Assembly: GCA_964057225.1 (NCBI GenBank)
Contig: OZ059900.1
Coordinates: forward strand, 1,054,001-1,118,000
Length of the DNA: 64,000 bases
Origin: Auanema rhodensis
Taxonomy: Eukaryota > Animalia > Nematoda
Reading direction: 5' to 3'
Of the stretch, positions 1-12,400 are shown piece after piece. Numbering within the stretch: the stretch's first letter is position 1; every line of letters starts with the position of its first letter. A program made the position numbers and the translations under genes. The notes under the pieces are model-generated. The model worked only from the letters and a program-made list of their open reading frames with translations. It was not told where the DNA came from and did no database searches.

Positions 1-3000
1 ATTGTCTATGACAACAAAAATCATCAATCAAACGCTAGTGATGTTTAAATACTGATTTTCGCTCAAATAGCATTACTACACTAAGTATGGTCGTTTTTAT
101 GCCTTTAACACCATATACTCACCGATTTTTGGTACAAAATCTGTAATACTTGTAAATTTTGATCATATTCGTTAAGATTTGAGAATCAAACATACAATAC
201 ACAAAATCAGTCTATTTTTATGAGCTTGCACTGATATATATTCATTTTGATCAAAAAAGGTCGAAAATAGAAAGAATTTTTGAAATTTCCGAGTTTTGAG
301 TCTAATTTGGCTAAATCGCTCATATATATGATCAGAAGCATAGTTTTATTGTCTATGACAACAAAAATCATCAATTAAACGCTAGTGATGTTTAAATACT
401 GATTTTCGCTCAAATAGCAATACTACACTAAGTATGGTCGTTTTTATGCCTTTAACACCATATACTCACCGATTTTTGGTACAAAATCTGTAATACTTGT
501 AAATTTTGATCATATTCGTTAAGATTCGAGAATCAAACACATAATACACGAAACAAGTCTATTTTTATAAGTTTGCACTGATATTTATTCATTTTGATCA
601 AAAAAGATCGAAAATAGAAAGAATTTTTGAAATTTACGAGTTTTGAGTCTAATTTGGCTAAATCGCTCATATATATGATCAAAAGCATAGTTTTACTGTC
701 TATGATAACAAAAGTCTTCAAATATACACCAGTAATGATTAAATCACTGAATTTCACTCAAATAGCATTACTACACTAAGTATGGTCGTTTTTATGCCTT
801 TAACACCATATACTCACCGATTTTTGGTACAAAATCTGTAATACTTGTAAATTTTGATCATATTCGTTAAGATTCGAGAATCAAACACACAATACACGAA
901 ATGAGTTTATTTTCACGAGTTTGCACTGATATTTATTCATTTTGATCAAAAAAGGTCGAAAATAGAAAGAATTTTTGAATTTTCCGAGTTTTGAGTCCAA
1001 TTGGGCTAAATCGCTCATATATATGATCAAAAGCATAGTTTTACTGTCTATGATAACAAAAGTCTTCAAATATACACCAGTAATGATTAAATCACTGAAT
1101 TTCACTCAAATAGCATTACTACACTAAGTATGGTCGTTTTTATGCCTTTAACACCATATACTCACCGATTTTTGGTACAAAATCTGTAATACTTGTAAAT
1201 TTTGATCATATTCGTTAAGATTTGAGAATCAAACATACAATACACAAAATCAGTCTATTTTTATGAGCTTGCACTGATATATATTCATTTTGATCAAAAA
1301 AGGTCGAAAATAGAAAGATTTTTTGAAATTTCCGAGTTTTGAGTCTAATTTGGCTAAATCGCTCATATATATGATCAGAAGCATAGTTTTATTGTGTATG
1401 ACAACAAAAATCATCAATTAAACGCTAGTGATGTTTAAATACTGATTTTCGCTCAAATAGCATTACTACACTAAGTATGGTCGTTTTTATGCCTTTAACA
1501 CCATATACTCACCGATTTTTGGTACAAAATCTGTAATACTCGTAAATTTTGATCATATTCGTTAAGATTTGAGAATCAAACATACAATACACGAAATCAG
1601 TCTATTTTTATGAGCTCGCACTGATATATATTCATTTTGATCAAAAAAGGTCGAAAATAGAAAGAATTTTTGAAATTTACGAGTTTTGAGTCTAATTTGG
1701 CTAAATCGCTCATATATATGATCAGAAGCATAGTTTTATTGTCTATGACAACAAAAATCATCAATTAAACGCTAGTGATGTTTTAATACTGAATTTCGCT
1801 CAAATAGCATTACTACACTAAGTATGGTCGTTTTTATGCCTTTAACACCATATACTCACCGATTTTTGGTACAAAATCTGTAATACTTGTAAATTTTGAT
1901 CATTTTCGTTAAGATTCGAGAATCAAACACATAATACACGAAATAAGTCTATTTTTATGAGTTTGCACTGATATTTATTCATTTTGATCAAAAAAGGTCG
2001 AAAATAGAAAGAATTTTTGAAATTTCCGAGTTTTGAGTCTAATTTGGCTAAATCGCTCATATATATGATCAGAAGCATAGTTTTATTGTCTATGACAACA
2101 AAAATCATCAATTAAACGCTAGTGATGTTTAAATACTGATTTTCGCTCAAATAGCATTACTACACTAAGTATGGTCGTTTTTATGCCTTTAACACCATAT
2201 ACTCACCGATTTTTGGTACAAAATCTGTAATACTTGTAAATTTTGATCATATTCGTTAAGATTCGAGAATCAAACACATAATGCACGAAATAAGTCTATT
2301 TTTACAAGTTTGCACTGATATTTATTCATTTTTATCAAAAAAGGTCGAAAATAGAAAGAATTTTTGAAATTTCCGAGTTTTGAGTCTAATTTGGCTAAAT
2401 CGCTCATATATATGATCAGAAGCATAGTTTTATTGTCTATGACAACAAAAATCATCAATTAAACGCTAGTGATGTTTAAATACTGATTTTCGCTCAAATA
2501 GCATTACTACACTAAGTATGGTCGTTTTTATGCCTTTAACACCATATACTCACCGATTTTTGGTACAAAATCTGTAATACTTGTAAATTTTGATCATATT
2601 CGTCAAGATTCGAGAATCAAACACATAATACACAAAATAAGTCTATTTTTATGAGTTTGCACTGATATTTATTCATTTTGATCAAAAAAGGTCGAAAATA
2701 GAAAGAATTTTTGAAATTTCCGAGTTTTGAGTCTAATTTGGCTAAATCGCTCATATATATGATCAGAAGCATAGTTTTATTGTCTATGACAACAAAAATC
2801 ATCAATCAAACGCTAGTGATGTTTAAATACTGATTTTCGCTCAAATAGCATTACTACACTAAGTATGGTCGTTTTTATGCCTTTAACACCATATACTCAC
2901 CGATTTTTGGTACAAAATCTGTAATACTTGTAAATTTTGATCATATTCGTTAAGATTTGAGAATCAAACATACAATACACAAAATCAGTCTATTTTTATG

Positions 3001-5121
3001 AGCTTGCACTGATATATATTCATTTTGATCAAAAAAGGTCGAAAATAGAAAGAATTTTTGAAATTTCCGAGTTTTGAGTCTAATTTGGCTAAATCGCTCA
3101 TATATATGATCAGAAGCATAGTTTTATTGTCTATGACAACAAAAATCATCAATTAAACGCTAGTGATGTTTAAATACTGATTTTCGCTCAAATAGCAATA
3201 CTACACTAAGTATGGTCGTTTTTATGCCTTTAACACCATATACTCACCGATTTTTGGTACAAAATCTGTAATACTTGTAAATTTTGATCATATTCGTTAA
3301 GATTCGAGAATCAAACACATAATACACGAAACAAGTCTATTTTTATAAGTTTGCACTGATATTTATTCATTTTGATCAAAAAAGATCGAAAATAGAAAGA
3401 ATTTTTGAAATTTACGAGTTTTGAGTCTAATTTGGCTAAATCGCTCATATATATGATCAAAAGCATAGTTTTACTGTCTATGATAACAAAAGTCTTCAAA
3501 TATACACCAGTAATGATTAAATCACTGAATTTCACTCAAATAGCATTACTACACTAAGTATGGTCGTTTTTATGCCTTTAACACCATATACTCACCGATT
3601 TTTGGTACAAAATCTGTAATACTTGTAAATTTTGATCATATTCGTTAAGATTCGAGAATCAAACACACAATACACGAAATGAGTTTATTTTCACGAGTTT
3701 GCACTGATATTTATTCATTTTGATCAAAAAAGGTCGAAAATAGAAAGAATTTTTGAATTTTCCGAGTTTTGAGTCCAATTGGGCTAAATCGCTCATATAT
3801 ATGATCAAAAGCATAGTTTTACTGTCTATGATAACAAAAGTCTTCAAATATACACCAGTAATGATTAAATCACTGAATTTCACTCAAATAGCATTACTAC
3901 ACTAAGTATGGTCGTTTTTATGCCTTTAACACCATATACTCACCGATTTTTGGTACAAAATCTGTAATACTTGTAAATTTTGATCATATTCGTTAAGATT
4001 TGAGAATCAAACATACAATACACAAAATCAGTCTATTTTTATGAGCTTGCACTGATATATATTCATTTTGATCAAAAAAGGTCGAAAATAGAAAGATTTT
4101 TTGAAATTTCCGAGTTTTGAGTCTAATTTGGCTAAATCGCTCATATATATGATCAGAAGCATAGTTTTATTGTGTATGACAACAAAAATCATCAATTAAA
4201 CGCTAGTGATGTTTAAATACTGATTTTCGCTCAAATAGCATTACTACACTAAGTATGGTCGTTTTTATGCCTTTAACACCATATACTCACCGATTTTTGG
4301 TACAAAATCTGTAATACTCGTAAATTTTGATCATATTCGTTAAGATTTGAGAATCAAACATACAATACACGAAATCAGTCTATTTTTATGAGCTCGCACT
4401 GATATATATTCATTTTGATCAAAAAAGGTCGAAAATAGAAAGAATTTTTGAAATTTACGAGTTTTGAGTCTAATTTGGCTAAATCGCTCATATATATGAT
4501 CAGAAGCATAGTTTTATTGTCTATGACAACAAAAATCATCAATTAAACGCTAGTGATGTTTTAATACTGAATTTCGCTCAAATAGCATTACTACACTAAG
4601 TATGGTCGTTTTTATGCCTTTAACACCATATACTCACCGATTTTTGGTACAAAATCTGTAATACTTGTAAATTTTGATCATTTTCGTTAAGATTCGAGAA
4701 TCAAACACATAATACACGAAATAAGTCTATTTTTATGAGTTTGCACTGATATTTATTCATTTTGATCAAAAAAGGTCGAAAATAGAAAGAATTTTTGAAA
4801 TTTCCGAGTTTTGAGTCTAATTTGGCTAAATCGCTCATATATATGATCAGAAGCATAGTTTTATTGTCTATGACAACAAAAATCATCAATTAAACGCTAG
4901 TGATGTTTAAATACTGATTTTCGCTCAAATAGCATTACTACACTAAGTATGGTCGTTTTTATGCCTTTAACACCATATACTCACCGATTTTTGGTACAAA
5001 ATCTGTAATACTTGTAAATTTTGATCATATTCGTTAAGATTCGAGAATCAAACACATAATGCACGAAATAAGTCTATTTTTACAAGTTTGCACTGATATT
5101 TATTCATTTTTATCAAAAAAG
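1..5121. repeat. 8-monomer HOR, period 2778 bp (1-2343 repeated at 2779-5121)
   Basis: Offsets 533->3311, 881->3659, 1923->4701 and 2270->5048 are all 2778. Private variants recur at that offset: TATACACCAGT, ATTGTGTATG, GAGCTCGCA, GATCATTTTCG, CATTTTTATC. Identity breaks at 2344/5122. Confidence 0.92.
1921..2267. repeat. Representative 347-bp monomer (arbitrary phase, starting AATCAAAC)
   Basis: The next copy starts at 2268. Hand count gives 51 C and 48 G in 347 bp (28.5% GC), 10 CpG and three TGATCA sites. The 348-bp class differs by one base (AAATCACT vs AAATACT). Confidence 0.97.
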
Positions 5122-6479
5122 ATCGAAAATAGAAAGAATTTTTGAAATTTCCGAGTTTTGAGTCCAATTTGGCTAAATCGCTCATATATATGATCAAAAG
5201 CATAGTTTTATTGTCTATAACAACAAAAGTCATCAATTAAACGCTAGTGATGTTTTAATACTGAATTTCGCTCAAATAGCATTACTACACTAAGTATGGT
5301 CGTTTTTATGCCTTTAACACCATATACTCACCGATTTTTGGTACAAAATCTGTGATACTCGTAAATTTTGATCATATTCGGTGAGATTCGAGAATCAAAC
5401 ACACAATACACGAAATAAGTTTATTTTGACGAGTTTGCACTGATATTTATTCATTTTGATCAAAAAAGGTCGAAAATAGAAAGATTTTTTGAAATTTCCG
5501 AGTTTTGAGTCCAATTTGGCTAAATCGCTCATATATATGATCAAAAGCATAGTTTTATTGTCTATAACAACAAAAGTCATCAATTAAACGCTAGTGATGT
5601 TTTAATACTGAATTTCGCTCAAATAGCATTACTACACTAAGTATGGTCGTTTTTATGCCTTTAACACCATATACTCACCGATTTTTGGTACAAAATCTGT
5701 AATACTTGTAAATTTTGATCATATTCGTTAAGATTCGAGAATCAAACACATAATGCACGAAATAAGTCTATTTTTATGAGCTTGCACTGATATTTATTCA
5801 TTTTGATCAAAAAAGGTCGAAAATAGAAAGATTTTTTGAAATTTCCGAGTTTTGAGTCTAATTTGGCTAAATCGCTTATATATATGATCAGAAGCATAGA
5901 TGTATTGTCTATGACAACAAAAGTCATTAATTGAACACTAATGATGTTTAAGTCACTGAATTTCGCTCAAATAGCATTACTACACTAAGGATGGTCGTTT
6001 TTATGCCTTTAACACCATATACTCACCGATTTTTGGTACAAAATCTGTGATACTCGTAAATTTTGATCATATTCGTTAAGATTCAAGAATCAAACACACA
6101 ATACACGAAATAAGTTCATTTTTACAAGTTTGCACTGATATTTATTCATTTTGATCAAAAAAGGTCGAAAATAGAAAGAATTTTTGAAATTTCCGAGTTT
6201 TGAGTCTAATTTGGCTAAATCGCTCATATACATGATCAGAAGCATAGTTTTATTGTCTTTGACAACAAAAGTCATCAATTAAACGCTAGTGATGTTTTAA
6301 TACTGAATTTCGCTCAAATAGCATTACTACACTAAGTATGGTCGTTTTTATGCCTTTAACACCATATACTCACCGATTTTTGGTACAAAATCTGTAATAC
6401 TTGTAAATTTCGATCATATTCGTTAAGATTCGAGAATCAAACACACAATACACGAAATAAGTCTATTTTTACAAGTTTG

Positions 6480-9400
6480 CACTGATATTTATTCATTTTG
6501 ATCAAAAAAGGTCGAAAATAGAAAGAATTTTTGAAATTTCCGAGTTTTGAGTCCAATTTGGCTAAATCGCTCATATATATGATCAAAAGCATAGTTCTGT
6601 TGTCTATAACAACAAAAGTCTTCAATTAAACGCTAGTGATGTTTTAATACTGAATTTCGCTCAAATAGCATTACTACACTAAGTATGGTCGTTTTTATGC
6701 CTTTAACACCATATACTCACCGATTTTTGGTACAAAATCTGTAATACTCGTAAATTTTGATCATATTCGTTAAGATTTGAGAATCAAACATACAATACAC
6801 GAAATCAGTCTATTTTTATGAGCTTGCACTGATATATATTCATTTTGATCAAAAAAGGTCGAAAATAGAAAGAATTTTTGAAATTTCCGAGTTTTGAGTC
6901 TAATTTGGCTAAATCGCTCATATATATGATCAGAAGCATAGTTTTATTGTCTATGACAACAAAAATCATCAATTAAACGCTAGTGATGTTTAAATACTGA
7001 TTTTCGCTCAAATAGCATTACTACACTAAGTATGGTCGTTTTTATGCCTTTAACACCATATACTCACCGATTTTTGGTACAAAATCTGTAATACTTGTAA
7101 ATTTTGATCATATTCGTTAAGATTTGAGAATCAAACATACAATACACAAAATCAGTCTATTTTTATGAGCTTGCACTGATATATAATATATTCATTTTGA
7201 TCAAAAAAGGTCGAAAATAGAAAGAATTTTTGAAATTTCCGAGTTTTGAGTCTAATTTGGCTAAATCGCTCATATATATGATCAGAAGCATAGTTTTATT
7301 GTCTATGACAACAAAAATCATCAATTAAACGCTAGTGATGTTTAAATACTGATTTTCGCTCAAATAGCATTACTACACTAAGTATGGTCGTTTTTATGCC
7401 TTTAACACCATATACTCACCGATTTTTGGTACAAAATCTGTGATACTCGTAAATTTTGATCATATTCGTTAAGATTCGAGTATCAAACAAACATTACACA
7501 AAATCAGTCTATTTTTATGAGCTTGCACTGATATATATTCATTTTGATCAAAAAAGGTCGAAAATAGAAAGAATTTTTGAAATTTCCGAGTTTTGAGTCT
7601 AATTTGGCTAAATCGCTCATATATATGATCAGAAGCATAGTTTTATTGTCTATGACAACAAAAATCATCAATTAAACGCTAGTGATGTTTAAATACTGAT
7701 TTTCGCTCAAATAGCATTACTACACTAAGTATGGTCGTTTTTATGCCTTTAACACCATATACTCACCGATTTTTGGTACAAAATCTGTAATACTTGTAAA
7801 TTTTGATCATATTCGTTAAGATTCGAGAATCAAACACATAATACACGAAATAAGTCTATTTTTACAAGTTTGCACTGATATTTATTCATTTTGAACAAAA
7901 AAGATCGAAAATAGAAAGAATTTTTGAAATTTCCGAGTTTTGAGTCCAATTTGGCTAAATCGCTCATATATATGATCAAAAGCATAGTTTTATTGTCTAT
8001 AACAACAAAAGTCATCAATTAAACGCTAGTGATGTTTTAATACTGAATTTCGCTCAAATAGCATTACTACACTAAGTATGGTCGTTTTTATGCCTTTAAC
8101 ACCATATACTCACCGATTTTTGGTACAAAATCTGTGATACTCGTAAATTTTGATCATATTCGGTGAGATTCGAGAATCAAACACACAATACACGAAATAA
8201 GTTTATTTTGACGAGTTTGCACTGATATTTATTCATTTTGATCAAAAAAGGTCGAAAATAGAAAGATTTTTTGAAATTTCCGAGTTTTGAGTCTAATTTG
8301 GCTAAATCGCTCATATATATGATCAGAAGCATAGATGTATTGTCTATGACAACAAAAGTCATTAATTGAACACTAATGATGTTTAAATCACTGAATTTCG
8401 CTCAAATAGCATTACTACACTAAGTATGGTCGTTTTTATGCCTTTAACACCATATACTCACCGATTTTTGGTACAAAATCTGTGATACTCGTAAATTTTG
8501 ATCATATTCGTTAAGATTCGAGTATCAAACAAACATTACACAAAATCAGTCTATTTTTATGAGCTTGCACTGATATATATTCATTTTGATCAAAAAAGGT
8601 CGAAAATAGAAAGAATTTTTGAAATTTACGAGTTTTGAGTCTAATTTGGCTAAATCGCTCATATATATGATCAGAAGCATAGTTTTATTGTATATGACAA
8701 CAAAAGTCATTAATTAAACACTAATAATGTTTAAATCACTAAATTTCGCTCAAATAGCATTACTACACTAAGTATGGTCGTTTTTATACCTTCAACACCA
8801 TATACTCACCGATTTTTGGTACAAAATCTGTGATACTCGTAAATTTCGATCATATTCGTTAAGATTCGAGAATCAAACACACAATACACGAAATGAGTTT
8901 ATTTTTACGAGTTTGCACTGATATTTATTCATTTTGATCAAAAAAGGTCGAAAATAGAAAGAATTTTTGAATTTTCCGAGTTTTGAGTCCAATTGGGCTA
9001 AATCGCTCATATATATGATCAAAAGCATAGTTTTACTGTCTATGATAACAAAAGTCTTCAAATATACACTAGTAATGATTAAATCACTGAATTTCACTCA
9101 AATAGCATTACTACACTAAGTATGGTCGTTTTTATGCCTTTAACACCATATACTCACCGATTTTTGATACAAAATCTGTAATACTTGTAAATTTTGATCA
9201 TATTCGTTAAGATTTGAGAATCAAACATACAATACACAAAATCAGTCTATTTTTATGAGCTTGCACTGATATATATTCATTTTGATCAAAAAAGGTCGAA
9301 AATAGAAAGAATTTTTGAAATTTCCGAGTTTTGAGTCTAATTTGGCTAAATCGCTCATATATATGATCAGAAGCATAGTTTTATTGTCTATGACAACAAA

Positions 9401-12400
9401 AATCATCAATTAAACGCTAGTGATGTTTAAATACTGATTTTCGCTCAAATAGCATTACTACACTAAGTATGGTCGTTTTTATGCCTTTAACACCATATAC
9501 TCACCGATTTTTGGTACAAAATCTGTAATACTTGTAAATTTTGATCATATTCGTTAAGATTCGAGAATCAAACACATAATACACGAAATAAGTCTATTTT
9601 TACAAGTTTGCACTGATATTTATTCATTTTGAACAAAAAAGATCGAAAATAGAAAGAATTTTTGAAATTTCCGAGTTTTGAGTCCAATTTGGCTAAATCG
9701 CTCATATATATGATCAAAAGCATAGTTTTATTGTCTATAACAACAAAAGTCATCAATTAAACGCTAGTGATGTTTTAATACTGAATTTCGCTCAAATAGC
9801 ATTACTACACTAAGTATGGTCGTTTTTATGCCTTTAACACCATATACTCACCGATTTTTGGTACAAAATCTGTAATACTTGTAAATTTTGATCATATTCG
9901 TTAAGATTCGAGAATCAAACACATAATACACGAAACAAGTCTATTTTTATAAGTTTGCACTGATATTTATTCATTTTGATCAAAAAAGATCGAAAATAGA
10001 AAGATTTTTTGAAATTTCCGAGTTTTGAGTCTAATTTGGCTAAATCGCTCATATATATGATCAGAAGCATAGATGTATTGTCTATGACAACAAAAGTCAT
10101 TAATTGAACACTAATGATGTTTAAATCACTGAATTTCGCTCAAATAGCATTACTACACTAAGGATGGTCGTTTTTATGCCTTTAACACCATATACTCACC
10201 GATTTTTGGTACAAAATCTGTGATACTCGTAAATTTTGATCATATTCGTTAAGATTCAAGAATCAAACACACAATACACGAAATAAGTTCATTTTTACAA
10301 GTTTGCACTGATATTTATTCATTTTGATCAAAAAAGGTCGAAAATAGAAAGAATTTTTGAAATTTACGAGTTTTGAGTCTAATTTGGCTAAATCGCTCAT
10401 ATATATGATCAGAAGCATAGTTTTATTGTCTATGACAACAAAAGTCATTAATTAAACACTAATGATGTTTAAATACTGATTTTCGCTCAAATAGCATTAC
10501 TACACTAAGTATGGTCGTTTTTATACCTTCAACACCATATACTCACCGATTTTTGGTACAAAATCTGTGATACTCGTAAATTTCGATCATATTCGTTAAG
10601 ATTCGAGAATCAAACACACAATACACGAAATGAGTTTATTTTCACGAGTTTGCACTGATATTTATTCATTTTGATCAAAAAAGGTCGAAAATAGAAAGAA
10701 TTTTTGAATTTTCCGAGTTTTGAGTCCAATTGGGCTAAATCGCTCATATATATGATCAAAAGCATAGTTTTACTGTCTATGATAACAAAAGTCTTCAAAT
10801 ATACACTAGTAATGATTAAATCACTGAATTTCACTCAAATAGCATTACTACACTAAGTATGGTCGTTTTTATGCCTTTAACACCATATACTCACCGATTT
10901 TTGGTACAAAATCTGTGATACTCGTAAATTTTGATCATATTCGGTGAGATTCGAGAATCAAACACACAATACACGAAATAAGTTTATTTTGACGAGTTTG
11001 CACTGATATTTATTCATTTTGATCAAAAAAGGTCGAAAATAGAAAGATTTTTTGAAATTTCCGAGTTTTGAGTCCAATTTGGCTAAATCGCTCATATATA
11101 TGATCAAAAGCATAGTTTTATTGTCTATAACAACAAAAGTCATCAATTAAACGCTAGTGATGTTTTAATACTGAATTTCGCTCAAATAGCATTACTACAC
11201 TAAGTATGGTCGTTTTTATGCCTTTAACACCATATACTCACCGATTTTTGGTACAAAATCTGTAATACTTGTAAATTTTGATCATATTCGTTAAGATTCG
11301 AGAATCAAACACATAATGCACGAAATAAGTCTATTTTTATGAGCTTGCACTGATATTTATTCATTTTGATCAAAAAAGATCGAAAATAGAAAGAATTTTT
11401 GAAATTTCCGAGTTTTGAGTCCAATTTGGCTAAATCGCTCATATATATGATCAGAAGCATAGTTTTATTGTCTATGACAACAAAAATCATCAATTAAACG
11501 CTAGTGATGTTTAAATACTGATTTTCGCTCAAATAGCATTACTACACTAAGTATGGTCGTTTTTATGCCTTTAACACCATATACTCACCGATTTTTGGTA
11601 CAAAATCTGTAATACTTGTAAATTTTGATCATATTCGGTGAGATTCGAGAATCAAACACACAATACACGAAATAAGTTCATTTTTACAAGTTTGCACTGA
11701 TATTTATTCATTTTGATCAAAAAAGGTCGAAAATAGAAAGAATTTTTGAAATTTCCGAGTTTTGAGTCCAATTTGGCTAAATCGCTCATATATATGATCA
11801 AAAGCATAGTTTTATTGTCTATAACAACAAAAGTCATCAATTAAACGCTAGTGATGTTTTAATACTGAATTTCGCTCAAATAGCATTACTACACTAAGTA
11901 TGGTCGTTTTTATGCCTTTAACACCATATACTCACCGATTTTTGGTACAAAATCTGTAATACTTGTAAATTTTGATCATATTCGGTGAGATTCGAGAATC
12001 AAACACACAATACACGAAATAAGTTCATTTTTACAAGTTTGCACTGATATTTATTCATTTTGATCAAAAAAGGTCGAAAATAGAAAGAATTTTTGAAATT
12101 TCCGAGTTTTGAGTCCAATTTGGCTAAATCGCTCATATATATGATCAAAAGCATAGTTCTGTTGTCTATAACAACAAAAGTCTTCAATTAAACGCTAGTG
12201 ATGTTTTAATACTGAATTTCGCTCAAATAGCATTACTACACTAAGTATGGTCGTTTTTATGCCTTTAACACCATATACTCACCGATTTTTGGTACAAAAT
12301 CTGTAATACTCGTAAATTTTGATCATATTCGTTAAGATTTGAGAATCAAACATACAATACACGAAATCAGTCTATTTTTATGAGCTTGCACTGATATATA

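Noticed and set aside
2169-2179. Minus-strand AACGACCATAC resembling the 5' end of animal 5S rRNA, suggesting a 5S rDNA array or 5S-derived satellite
   Set aside because: Only 11 nt match. There is no colinear similarity downstream, no recognisable internal A/C boxes or terminal stem, and GC is far too low. An Infernal search with the Rfam 5S rRNA model would settle it.
2251-2268. CENP-B-box-like motif ATTCGTTAAGATTCGAGA
   Set aside because: It resembles TTCG-N4-A-N2-CGGG only loosely. The spacing is one base too long, CGGG is CGAG, and the second CG is often TG or CA.
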